Below are positions 38,506 to 47,300 of a stretch of DNA of 64,000 nucleotides, one piece after another (within the stretch, counting starts at the first letter, position 1; each line of letters opens with the position of its first letter). The notes under the pieces are model-generated. The model made no database searches. It had not been told where the DNA came from and worked only from the letters and a program-made list of their open reading frames with translations. Position numbers and translations under genes: made by a program. The DNA is taken from contig DATJXB010000067.1 in the NCBI GenBank assembly GCA_035500755.1, positions 36,023-100,022 on the forward strand, read 5' to 3'. Origin of the DNA: Thermoanaerobaculia bacterium (GTDB lineage Bacteria; Acidobacteriota; Thermoanaerobaculia; UBA5066; Gp7-AA6).

Positions 38506-38535
38506 TTCTGCCCGGGGGTCCTCGCGGCCCCCGGG
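38506..38535 (+). terminator. Hairpin / candidate partial terminator (attenuator) between precursor and MNIO genes
   Basis: cccggggg-tcctcgcg-gcccccggg (perfect 8-bp stem) followed by a T-rich tract catttctcttt, in the 60-nt precursor-MNIO gap. Confidence 0.4.
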
Positions 38536-38555
38536 CATTTCTCTTTGACGACTCC

Positions 38556-39449
38556 ATGACCCCGAACGCTGCCTCCCGCGTCCCCGCCGTCCGGAACCGC
38601 TGGGGCTTCGAAGACCTCGGCATCGGCGTGGGCCTCCGGACCATTCACTATCCGCACATCCTCGAGAACCGGCCCGACGTGGACTTCTTCGAGATCCTCT
38701 CGGAGAACTACATGGACACGGGCGGCCGCCCTCTCTGGGTGCTCGACCAGGTCGCGGAGCGCTACCCGATCGTGATGCACGGCGTCTCGATGAACATCGG
38801 CAGCGCCGATCCGCTCGACCGCGAGCACCTGGCGAAGTTGAAAGCCCTCGCCGGGCGCACCAGGGCGCGCTGGGTGTCGGACCATCTCTGCTGGACCGGC
38901 GTCGCCGGCCGCAACACGCACGACCTCCTGCCGATGCCGCTGACCGAAGAGGCGCTCGCGCATGTGGCCGCGCGGGTCCGCCAGGTCTCGGAGATTCTCG
39001 AGCGCCCGCTGATGCTCGAGAACGCTTCGACCTACGCCGAGTTCGCGGCCTCCTCCATGCCCGAGTGGGAGTTCTTCGGTCGCCTGATGGAGGCGGCCGA
39101 CTGCGGCATGCTCCTCGACGTCAACAACGTCTACGTCAGCTCCTTCAACCACGGCTTCGACCCCGAGCGGTACGTGGACGCGATCGACCCGGCGCGCGTG
39201 ACGCAGTACCACCTCGCCGGGCACACCAACAAGGGCACGCACATCATCGACACGCACAACGACCACGTGATCGACCGCGTCTGGGAGCTCTACGCGCGGT
39301 CCTCGGCGAGGACGGGCAACGTCTCGACGCTCCTCGAGTGGGATGCCGACATCCCGGCCTTCGACGTCGTCCACGCCGAGGCCCTGAAGGCCCGCGCGCA
39401 CCGGCGCGCGGAGAAGAGGGACAAGAAGGTTGCCGCCGCCGCCTCTTGA
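38556..39449 (+). CDS. MNIO enzyme (DUF692, multinuclear non-heme iron oxidative enzyme; MbnB/BufB family)
   Basis: 297 aa: ...LGIGVGLRTIHYPHILENRPDVDFFEILSENYMDTGGRPL...YPIVMHGVSMNIGSADPLD...WVSDHLCWTG...LENASTY... match DUF692 blocks. Confidence 0.85.
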   Translation: MTPNAASRVPAVRNRWGFEDLGIGVGLRTIHYPHILENRPDVDFFEILSENYMDTGGRPLWVLDQVAERYPIVMHGVSMNIGSADPLDREHLAKLKALAGRTRARWVSDHLCWTGVAGRNTHDLLPMPLTEEALAHVAARVRQVSEILERPLMLENASTYAEFAASSMPEWEFFGRLMEAADCGMLLDVNNVYVSSFNHGFDPERYVDAIDPARVTQYHLAGHTNKGTHIIDTHNDHVIDRVWELYARSSARTGNVSTLLEWDADIPAFDVVHAEALKARAHRRAEKRDKKVAAAAS

Positions 39450-40278
39450 TCTCGGCCTGCCGCACTTGCAGCGGTGGATGCAGGCGGTGATCGAGCAGCC
39501 GGGCACCGTCGACGACGCGGTCGTCTCGCCCGCGGCGCGCCGCGAGCTCGACCCCGTCCGGATCGGCCGCGTGGTTCTCCCGTCGAAGACGCTCACGTCG
39601 GTCGAGCGCGTCGGCGTGTACCAGGGCATGTATCTCCTCCGGATGATCGAAGCGCTCGAGGGCGACTATCCGGCCGTCGCGCACTTCCTCGGCGACGAGG
39701 AGTTCGCCGACCTCGTGACCCGCTACGTCGCGGCGCACCCGTCGACGAGCTACACGTTCAACCGCCTCGGAAAGCGATTCCCCGAGTTCATCCAGGAAGC
39801 GCGCGGCGTCCGGAAGAAGGGCTTCGTCGCCGATCTCGCGCGCCTGGAGCTTTCCGTGACGGAGGTCTTCGACGCGCCCGAGTCGCCGGCGTGGCCGGAC
39901 GACGCGGTGGCCCGCCTCCCGAAGGAGGCCTGGGCGTCGGCCGTGCTCAAGCCGATCGCCGCGTTCCGGCTCGGGAGCTACGCCCATCCCGTCAACGCCT
40001 ACCTGCAGTCGGTCAAGGAGGAGAACCACGACCATCCGGGCGTGGGCCGCCAGGCGACCCGCGTCGTCGTGTGGCGCAAACGCTACGAAGTGTGGCGCCT
40101 CGAGCTCTCGAAGCCGGCCTTCGATTTTCTCGCCTCGCTCGCCAAGGGGCGTCCGTTCGGCAAGGCCGTCGTCGCCGCCGCCCGCGGCCTGCAGGGGAAC
40201 CCCGGCGAGCAGCTCTTCCGCTGGCTGCGCGACTGGGTCGCCGAGGGGATGTTCGAAGGCGTCCAGACGGCGGGCTGA
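39430..40278 (+). CDS. DUF2063-family protein (MNIO partner, BufC/MbnC-like)
   Basis: 282 aa, 20-nt overlap with the MNIO gene (translational coupling). N-terminal ...LPHLQRWMQAVIEQPG... conserved start of DUF2063. Confidence 0.8.
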   Translation: MPPPPLDLGLPHLQRWMQAVIEQPGTVDDAVVSPAARRELDPVRIGRVVLPSKTLTSVERVGVYQGMYLLRMIEALEGDYPAVAHFLGDEEFADLVTRYVAAHPSTSYTFNRLGKRFPEFIQEARGVRKKGFVADLARLELSVTEVFDAPESPAWPDDAVARLPKEAWASAVLKPIAAFRLGSYAHPVNAYLQSVKEENHDHPGVGRQATRVVVWRKRYEVWRLELSKPAFDFLASLAKGRPFGKAVVAAARGLQGNPGEQLFRWLRDWVAEGMFEGVQTAG

Positions 40279-40312
40279 GCCCAAGCGCGCGATCACGATA
40301 GGCTCTGCCGCG

Positions 40313-42241
40313 ATGCGCGAGTGGCTCGAGGCCGACGGCCTCGGCGGGTTCGCGTCCGGGACCGCCGACGGCCTCCGGACCCGGCGCTACCACGCGCTGC
40401 TGCTGACCGCGAAGAATCCGCCGACCGGTCGGGTCGTGCTCGTCAGCGGCTTCGACGCCTTCGTCGAGACGGCGTCGGGGCGCTTCGCGATCTCGTCGCA
40501 GCGCTACGCGCCCGACGTCGTTTCTCCCGACGGCGCCGGGCGGGCCGAGTCGTTCGACCAGGAGCCCTGGCCGCGCTGGGTCTTCGCGCTGCCGGACGGC
40601 ACCCGCGTGGCGCAGGAGATCTTCGTCCCGAAGGACGCGTCGGCGGTCGCGGTCTCCTGGAAGCTGCTGACCGGAGCCGGTCCCGTGCGCCTCGAGGTGC
40701 GCCCGTTCTTCGCGGGGCGCGACTACCACGCGCTGCACCACGAGAACCCCGCCTTCCGCTTCGACGCCGCGGAGGGCGACGCCGGCCTCGTCCGGTTCCG
40801 GCCCTATCCGGACATGCCGTCGGTGTCCGTCCGCTCGAACGGCGCCTTCGCGCCGGCGCGCGACTGGTATCGCCGTTTCGCGTACGCCGAGGAAGAAGCG
40901 CGCGGACTCGACTTCGAGGAGGACCTCGCGTCCCCGGCGCTCTTCCGCTTCGACCTCGCGGCCGGCGAGGCGGTCTGGCTCGCCGCGGCGGAGGGCCACG
41001 AGGCGGCTCTCGGGTCCGGCGGCGCCGCGGCGGCGCTGGAAGCCCTGCGCCTCGCCGAGCGCAGCCGGCGGGCCCGTTTCGTCGACCGCCTGGACCGGTC
41101 GGCCGACGCCTACCTCGTCCGCCGGGGGAGCGGCCGCACGATCGTCGCCGGCTACCCCTGGTTCACCGACTGGGGGCGCGACACGTTCATCGCGCTGCGA
41201 GGCCTGTGCCTGGCGACGGGCCGTCTTGCGGAAGCCGAAGGCATCCTCGTCGAGTGGGCGGGCGCGGTTTCGGAGGGCATGCTGCCGAACTTTTTTCCGG
41301 ACGCGGACGCCGAGCCCGAGTTCAACGCGGTCGACGCGTCGCTCTGGTACGTGATCGCGGTCTATGAGTACCTGGAAGCGATGGCCTCGACGGGCCGCGT
41401 CGCCGCGCGGGCGTCGGTGGCGAAGCTCCAGGCGGCGGTCGAAGCGATCCTGACGGGCTACGCGAACGGCACCCGCTTCGGGATCCGTGCCGACGGCGAC
41501 GGTCTTCTCGCGGCCGGGAAGCGCGGCGTCCAGCTGACGTGGATGGATGCGAAAGTCGGCGACTGGGTCGTCACGCCGCGGATCGGCAAGCCCGTCGAGG
41601 TGCAGGCCCTGTGGCTGAACGCGCTGTGGATCGCGACCGCGTTCTCGGAGCAGTGGCGGCCGCTCCACGACCGCGCGTTCGCGGCGTTTGGGGCCCGGTT
41701 CTGGAACGAGGCCGGCGGCTACCTCCACGACGTCGTCGACGTCGACCACGACCCGGGAACCGCCGACCCGACGTTTCGCCCCAACCAGATCTTCGCGGTG
41801 GGCGGCCTGCCGTTCCCGGTGCTCGAAGGGGAGCGCGCGCGGCGCGTCGTCGACGCGGTCGAGGCCAGGCTGTCGACGCCGCTCGGCCTGCGGTCGCTCG
41901 ACCCGGGCGACCCCGCCTACACCGGACGCTACGAGGGCGGGCCTCGGCAGCGGGACGGCGCCTACCACCAGGGCACCGTGTGGCCGTTCCTGGCGGGAGC
42001 GTTCGTGGACGCCTGGGTCCGTGTGCGCGGTGAAACGGAGGCGGCGAAGGACGAGGCGCGGCGCCGCTTCCTCGAGCCCTTGCGCGCGCACCTCGGCGAA
42101 GCCGGCCTCGGGCACGTCTCGGAGATCGCCGACGGGGACGCCCCGCACACGCCGCGCGGGTGTCCGTTCCAGGCCTGGTCGGTGGGAGAGCTGATCCGGA
42201 TCGAGAAGGTGATTCTGGGACGGCCCTCGACACGCTGCTAG
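40313..42241 (+). CDS. Amylo-alpha-1,6-glucosidase / glycogen-debranching-enzyme-family glycoside hydrolase (GDE_C)
   Basis: 642 aa with ...GYPWFTDWGRDTFIALRGL... and the six-hairpin (alpha/alpha)6 catalytic-domain pattern ...LTWMDAKVGDWVVTPRIGKPVEVQALW... Confidence 0.8.
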   Translation: MREWLEADGLGGFASGTADGLRTRRYHALLLTAKNPPTGRVVLVSGFDAFVETASGRFAISSQRYAPDVVSPDGAGRAESFDQEPWPRWVFALPDGTRVAQEIFVPKDASAVAVSWKLLTGAGPVRLEVRPFFAGRDYHALHHENPAFRFDAAEGDAGLVRFRPYPDMPSVSVRSNGAFAPARDWYRRFAYAEEEARGLDFEEDLASPALFRFDLAAGEAVWLAAAEGHEAALGSGGAAAALEALRLAERSRRARFVDRLDRSADAYLVRRGSGRTIVAGYPWFTDWGRDTFIALRGLCLATGRLAEAEGILVEWAGAVSEGMLPNFFPDADAEPEFNAVDASLWYVIAVYEYLEAMASTGRVAARASVAKLQAAVEAILTGYANGTRFGIRADGDGLLAAGKRGVQLTWMDAKVGDWVVTPRIGKPVEVQALWLNALWIATAFSEQWRPLHDRAFAAFGARFWNEAGGYLHDVVDVDHDPGTADPTFRPNQIFAVGGLPFPVLEGERARRVVDAVEARLSTPLGLRSLDPGDPAYTGRYEGGPRQRDGAYHQGTVWPFLAGAFVDAWVRVRGETEAAKDEARRRFLEPLRAHLGEAGLGHVSEIADGDAPHTPRGCPFQAWSVGELIRIEKVILGRPSTRC

Positions 42242-42253
42242 GATTCGCGCCGC

Positions 42254-43156
42254 TTGATCAGACGACTTGCGGTCTGGGCCGGCCTCCTCCTGGCCACGGG
42301 ACTGGGCGCGGCCTCCGCGCAGCAGCTCGAGCCGCGCGCGTATGTGCCCGTCCCCGTCGACGTCAATGTCGCCGGAATGCCGTTCGTCTACCAGACCGGC
42401 GCGGTCGTGACGGATCCGTCGCTCCCGTTCTCGAACATCGACGCCCACGTCGAGACGCTCGCCGCGTTCTACGACCGGAGCTTCGCGTTCTTCGGCCACT
42501 CGGCCACGGCGCTCGTCTCCGTGCCCTGGGTCTGGGCGCAGGTGTCGGGGGAGGTGTTCGAGCAGGCCCGGCGGGTGACGCGGTCCGGTCTGGCCGACAT
42601 GTCCATGCGCTTCAGCGCGAACATCCTCGGTTCGCCGGCCCTCACGCCGCAGGAGTTCGCGAAGACGCCGATCAAGCCGACCCTGGGGGCGAGCCTGACC
42701 GTCACGGCGCCGACCGGCCAGTACGATGGCACGAAACTGATCAACATCGGCACGAACCGTTGGGGCTTCAAGCCGGAGGTGGGGCTTTCGGTGCCGACGG
42801 GTCCCTGGACGTTCGAGGCCTACGCCGGCGCCTGGTTCTACACCCCGAATGACGACTTCTTCGGCGGGCGTCGCCGCACCCAGGATCCGATTCCCGAGTT
42901 TCAGGGCCACGTCGGCTATACGTTCAAGCCGGGGCTCTGGCTATCGATCGACGGGACCTGGTACTCGGGCGGCCAGACCACGACGGCGGGCGTGTTGGAC
43001 GACGACCGGCTGAAGAACACGCGCGTCGGGGCGACGTTCGCCGTGCCGCTCGGGCACGGCAACGACATCAAGCTCGCCGGGGCCCGGGGCGCGACGACTC
43101 GCTTCGGACAGAACTTCACGACCGTCGGCCTGACGTTTCAGCACCACTGGTTCTGA
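42254..43156 (+). CDS. Outer-membrane beta-barrel protein ('transporter'/MetA-pathway-like family), signal peptide
   Basis: 300 aa: MIRRLAVWAGLLLATGLGAASAQQ..., alternating hydrophobic beta-strand pattern, C-terminal ...TFQHHWF aromatic terminus typical of OM beta-barrels. Confidence 0.6.
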   Translation: MIRRLAVWAGLLLATGLGAASAQQLEPRAYVPVPVDVNVAGMPFVYQTGAVVTDPSLPFSNIDAHVETLAAFYDRSFAFFGHSATALVSVPWVWAQVSGEVFEQARRVTRSGLADMSMRFSANILGSPALTPQEFAKTPIKPTLGASLTVTAPTGQYDGTKLINIGTNRWGFKPEVGLSVPTGPWTFEAYAGAWFYTPNDDFFGGRRRTQDPIPEFQGHVGYTFKPGLWLSIDGTWYSGGQTTTAGVLDDDRLKNTRVGATFAVPLGHGNDIKLAGARGATTRFGQNFTTVGLTFQHHWF

Positions 43157-43204
43157 CGGGGCGACGCCGCGCCGCGGTATAGGCTGAAACGGGAAGGAGC
43201 CGAC

Positions 43205-43672
43205 ATGCCGTTCATGGACCGGGCCTCGCGGCTGCGCCGTCTCGTGCACGCGGTGTCGAACCGGCTGCGGTGGCTGCCGCCGACCGTCGCGCGCGTCACG
43301 ATCGGCTGGATCTTCCTGCAGTCGGGCTGGGGCAAGCTCACGAACCTGGCAAAGGTCGTCGGGTTCTTCACCGAGCTGGGGATTCCGGCCCCGGAGATCC
43401 AGGCGCGCCTGGCGGCCGCATCGGAGTTTCTCTGTGGCCTCCTGATCCTGGTCGGCCTCGGCACGCGCGTCGCGACGCTGCCGCTCCTCGGCGTGATGGC
43501 CGTCGCGATCCTCACGGCCCGCCGGGGCGACATCCACGAGCTTTCGGACCTCTTCGCGATGGCCGAGTACCTCTACATCGTGATCCTGCTCTGGCTCGGA
43601 GCCTACGGCGCGGGCCCGATTTCTCTCGATGCCTTCTTCGCCAGGCGCCTCGAGCGGGAAGAGAAGGGGTAG
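43205..43672 (+). CDS. DoxX-family membrane protein
   Basis: 155 aa, four TM: ...RVTIGWIFLQSGWGKLTNL...ASEFLCGLLILVGLGTRVATLPLLGVMAVAI... Confidence 0.8.
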   Translation: MPFMDRASRLRRLVHAVSNRLRWLPPTVARVTIGWIFLQSGWGKLTNLAKVVGFFTELGIPAPEIQARLAAASEFLCGLLILVGLGTRVATLPLLGVMAVAILTARRGDIHELSDLFAMAEYLYIVILLWLGAYGAGPISLDAFFARRLEREEKG

Positions 43673-44038
43673 CGGCCGACTCGGCCTCACGAACTTTCCG
43701 AGAATTTTCGTCCGAAGCCGCCCCGCTCCGGGCCGGCGTTCGGCTTTTTGGGCGTTCCCCGGCTTTCCCGGTTCAAAACTCCGGAACCGCGATCCGTGCG
43801 GGTCCGGCCGCGTTTCGCGAATCCCGTCCCGCGAGCGGCTCGTCATCGGCGACGCGGGGCTCGTCCGCCGTTCCGGTTTCGTCCCGCCGCTTCGGTGAAC
43901 CGACCGCGCGTCCACGATTCTGAATGGGGCGACGCGCGGCCTCGTGCGGCGACGTCCGCGGTCCCGCGCGGCGCACGCTTCGTCCGCTCGCGCGCGGCGC
44001 TCGGCCCCGAGCGGCCGCGCTCCACGGTTTCGGACGCG

Positions 44039-44054
44039 TGGCACCCGCGTTGCT
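44039..44054 (+). promoter_or_regulatory. Sigma-54 (-24/-12) promoter upstream of the TonB-dependent-receptor-like gene
   Basis: TGGCAC-ccgcg-TTGCT, perfect match to TGGCAC-N5-TTGCW. About 50 nt upstream of AGGAGG RBS and the ATG at 44106. Confidence 0.65.
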
Positions 44055-44105
44055 CTCCGCATCCGTTGCGCCGACGCCTCGCCGGCGTAAGGAGGAATGA
44101 CGAGA

Positions 44106-47018
44106 ATGAACTGTCACCGACCGACGCGCCGGAAAGCGGCCTGGCTCTGGGCGGCGGCCCTCACCGCCGCGCTGGCCCTCGCGCCGCTCGTCTCCGCGCA
44201 ACAGCTCACCGGCAACATCTTCGGCAAAGTCGTCGACGAGCAGGGCGGCAAGCTGCCGGGCGTGACGGTCACGCTCTCCGGCATCGGCGCCGCGAAGACG
44301 CAGACGACCGACGCCCGCGGCGAGTTCCGCTTCCCGAACCTCGCTCCCGGCGTCTACACGCTGACCTACGAGCTCCAGGCATTCACGAGGGTCACCAACA
44401 GCGACGTGAAGGTCTCCGTCGGCCAGAACACGGAGACGAACGCGACGCTGAAGATCTCGAGCGTCGAGGCGACGGTCGTCGTCGAAGGCGCGCCGGCCCT
44501 GCTCGACACGCGGCAGGTCCAGACGGGAGCCGTCGTCGATCAGACCGAGCTGACGCAGATCCCGACGGCCCGCGACCCGTGGGTCATCCTGTCGACCGTA
44601 CCCGGCGTGCAGCTCGACCGCGTCAACGTCGGCGGCAACGAGAGCGGCCAGCAGTCGACGTACGTCGGCAAGGGCGCCGACTCGAGTCAGAACACGTGGA
44701 ACGTGGACGGCGTCACGATCACCGACATGGGCGCTCTCGGTTCGTCGCCCAACTACTACGACTTCGATTCCTTCCAGGAGATGCAGGCATCGACGGGCGG
44801 CAGCGACGTGACGGCCGCTTCGCCGGGCGTGCAGCTGAACCTCGTGACCAAGCGCGGGACCAACGACGTCCACGGCTCGGCCCGCTACTTCCTCGCCAAC
44901 AGCGACCTGCAGTGGAACAACGTCACGCCGGAGGACCAGGCCGAAGGCGTCGTCAACGGCGGCAACCGGATCAACGAGGTGCAGGACTACGGCATCGAGA
45001 TCGGCGGCCCGCTGTGGCGGGACAAGATCTGGGCGTGGGGCGCCTACGGCCGCAACCAGATCAACCTCTTCAACGCCCAGGGCAACCCCGACAACACGAC
45101 GCTGATCGACTACAACGCCAAGATCAACTGGCAGTTGTTCGACTCGACCTCGCTCGCGGGCACCTTCTCCAACGGCAACAAGGAGAAGTTCGGCCGCAAC
45201 GTGTCTTTCTCGCGGCCGCCGCCCGCGTCGTGGGACCAGACCGGCCCGACGACGATCTGGCGCGGCGAGATCTCGCAGATCTTCTCGTCGTCGCTGTTCT
45301 TCACGGCGTCCTACTCGTCCGTCTCGGCCGGGTTCTCGCTGACGCCGCAGGGCGGCACGGACGTGAACGATCTCTACATCAACGAGCAGGGGCAGTTCAT
45401 CGGCAGCTACCTCTACGCCGACACGGTCCGCCCGCAGAAGCAGGCGACCGCGAGCGGGTCCTACTTCTTCAACACGGGCTCGGTCGGCAACGAGCTCAAG
45501 TACGGGTTCAACTACCGGACGACCGACGTCGACTCCGTCTCCTCGTGGCCCGGCAACGGCAACTACGGGGACCTCGCGGACTTCAACTCGCCGGTCGCCA
45601 TCATGACCCGCAACGCGGTCCTGAACACGCGGCTGCGGTACTACAGCGGGTATCTCTCCGACACGCTGACGTTCGGGAACCTCACGATCAACGCCGGCGT
45701 GCGGTACGACAACCAACAGGGACACAACCTCGCCTCGACGACGCCGGCGAACCCGGTCATCCCGGATCTGCTGCCCGGCATCACGACCACCGACCAGCCG
45801 GCGCCGTTCACCTGGGAGAACGTCGTCCCGCGCATCGGCGCGACGTACGCGCTCGGCCAGGACAAGAAGACGCTCCTGCGGGCGAGCTATTCGCAGTACG
45901 CGGACCAGCTCGGGGCGAACGCCGTGGCGTTCACCAACGCCGGGGCGCTCGCCGGGCTCTACTACTACTGGAACGACGCCAACGGGGACCACGTCATCAC
46001 GCGCAACGAGCTGAACCTGAACACCCTGGTCTCGCACTACGGCGTCGACCCCGCCAACCCGGGTTCTTCCACGTCCCCCAACGTCGTCGACCCCAACTTC
46101 AAGGCCGGGAAGACGACCGAAGTCATCGCGGGCATCGAGCACGAGCTGCTCGACGGTCTGGTGGTCGGCGTGGCCTACACGTACCGCAAGTACGACGGCG
46201 CGCTTTGGCCCCATCGCACGGGGCTGACCGAGAACGACTACGAGGTCGGCGGCGAGCTGACCGGCACGCTCTTCAACGGAGTTCCCTTCCAGGTTCCGTA
46301 CTACCAGCTCAAGCCGGGCGTGGACGTTCCGGCGGGTCTGACCCTCTCGAACCGCCCCGACTGGAACACGACGTACAACGGCGTCGACCTGACCTTCCAG
46401 AAGCGGCTCTCCGACAAATGGCTGGTGCGCGGCGGCGCGACGTACCAGACGTGGAATCAGCACGGCGGCGCCGGGTCCTGCTACGACCCGACGAGCGACC
46501 GCGGCGGCAACAACGAGCTCTGGCCCGGCACGCCGATCGGCATCCAGACCGGCTCCACCTGCGCGGGCAACGACATTGCCGCGCTTCCCGCCGGCGCCGC
46601 CAGCGGCGCGCGCAACGAGGTCTTCCTGAACGCGCGCTGGCTCTTCAACGTCAGCGGGCTCTACCAGCTCCCGGCGGGCTTCGCCGTCGCCGCCAACTTC
46701 TTCGGCCGCGAAGGCTACCCGTACGTCAACTACTACCGGTTCGACCCGGGCGACGGTCTCGGCCCGCGCGACAACATCCTCACGCAGCTCTCGACGTACC
46801 GCTATGGCAACGTTTACGAGCTGGATCTGCGCCTGGAGAAAGTCATCACGGTCAAGCCGCTCGAGATCACGATCGCCGCGGACGTCTTCAACGCGGCGAA
46901 CTCGGGCACCGTGCTCCAGCGCAACGCGCGCGTCGACCTGGGCCCCGGCGTCTACAACCAGATCATCGAGATGCAGAGCCCGCGCGTCGTGCGCTTCGGC
47001 GCGCGGCTGTCCTTCTGA
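44106..47018 (+). CDS. Outer-membrane TonB-dependent-receptor-like protein with N-terminal carboxypeptidase-regulatory-like domain (Acidobacteria-type)
   Basis: ATG at 44106 (9-nt spacing from AGGAGG): MNCHRPTRRKAAWLWAAALTAALALAPLVSAQQLTGNIFGKVVDEQGGKLPGVTVTLSG...GEFRFPNLAPGVYTL..., then plug-like ...PGVQLDRVNVGG... and a long beta-barrel ending ...VRFGARLSF. The table start at 44097 has no RBS spacing. Confidence 0.8.
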   Translation: MNCHRPTRRKAAWLWAAALTAALALAPLVSAQQLTGNIFGKVVDEQGGKLPGVTVTLSGIGAAKTQTTDARGEFRFPNLAPGVYTLTYELQAFTRVTNSDVKVSVGQNTETNATLKISSVEATVVVEGAPALLDTRQVQTGAVVDQTELTQIPTARDPWVILSTVPGVQLDRVNVGGNESGQQSTYVGKGADSSQNTWNVDGVTITDMGALGSSPNYYDFDSFQEMQASTGGSDVTAASPGVQLNLVTKRGTNDVHGSARYFLANSDLQWNNVTPEDQAEGVVNGGNRINEVQDYGIEIGGPLWRDKIWAWGAYGRNQINLFNAQGNPDNTTLIDYNAKINWQLFDSTSLAGTFSNGNKEKFGRNVSFSRPPPASWDQTGPTTIWRGEISQIFSSSLFFTASYSSVSAGFSLTPQGGTDVNDLYINEQGQFIGSYLYADTVRPQKQATASGSYFFNTGSVGNELKYGFNYRTTDVDSVSSWPGNGNYGDLADFNSPVAIMTRNAVLNTRLRYYSGYLSDTLTFGNLTINAGVRYDNQQGHNLASTTPANPVIPDLLPGITTTDQPAPFTWENVVPRIGATYALGQDKKTLLRASYSQYADQLGANAVAFTNAGALAGLYYYWNDANGDHVITRNELNLNTLVSHYGVDPANPGSSTSPNVVDPNFKAGKTTEVIAGIEHELLDGLVVGVAYTYRKYDGALWPHRTGLTENDYEVGGELTGTLFNGVPFQVPYYQLKPGVDVPAGLTLSNRPDWNTTYNGVDLTFQKRLSDKWLVRGGATYQTWNQHGGAGSCYDPTSDRGGNNELWPGTPIGIQTGSTCAGNDIAALPAGAASGARNEVFLNARWLFNVSGLYQLPAGFAVAANFFGREGYPYVNYYRFDPGDGLGPRDNILTQLSTYRYGNVYELDLRLEKVITVKPLEITIAADVFNAANSGTVLQRNARVDLGPGVYNQIIEMQSPRVVRFGARLSF

Positions 47019-47042
47019 CGCGTCGCCGTTCCTCCGTCCGGT

Positions 47043-47075
47043 TGCCGGCGGGCCGAAAGGCCCGCCGGACTTTTT
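47043..47075 (+). terminator. Rho-independent terminator after the outer-membrane receptor gene
   Basis: gccggcgggcc-gaaa-ggcccgccgg followed by acttttt. Confidence 0.65.
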
Positions 47076-47300
47076 CGGCGGGACGCGGCCCGTGGCAAGA
47101 TACGGCGCCTGAGCCGCGCCGCCGCCGAAACCGCCGTTGGACCGCCGAATTCCGGCCGGTTCGACCTCCTCTGCCTTCCGATCATCGACTGGGGCTTCCG
47201 GTTCCAGCGGCCCCAGCAGCTCCTGTCGCGCTTCGCGGCCGACGGACACCGTGTCTTCTACGCCGCGACCGGGTTTGCGGGCCTCGACCGCGAGCCCGCG

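Noticed and set aside
40013-42910. 965-aa minus-strand ORF antisense to the glycogen-debranching-family and outer-membrane genes
   Set aside because: Antisense high-GC artefact. The sense-strand genes have strong family motifs.
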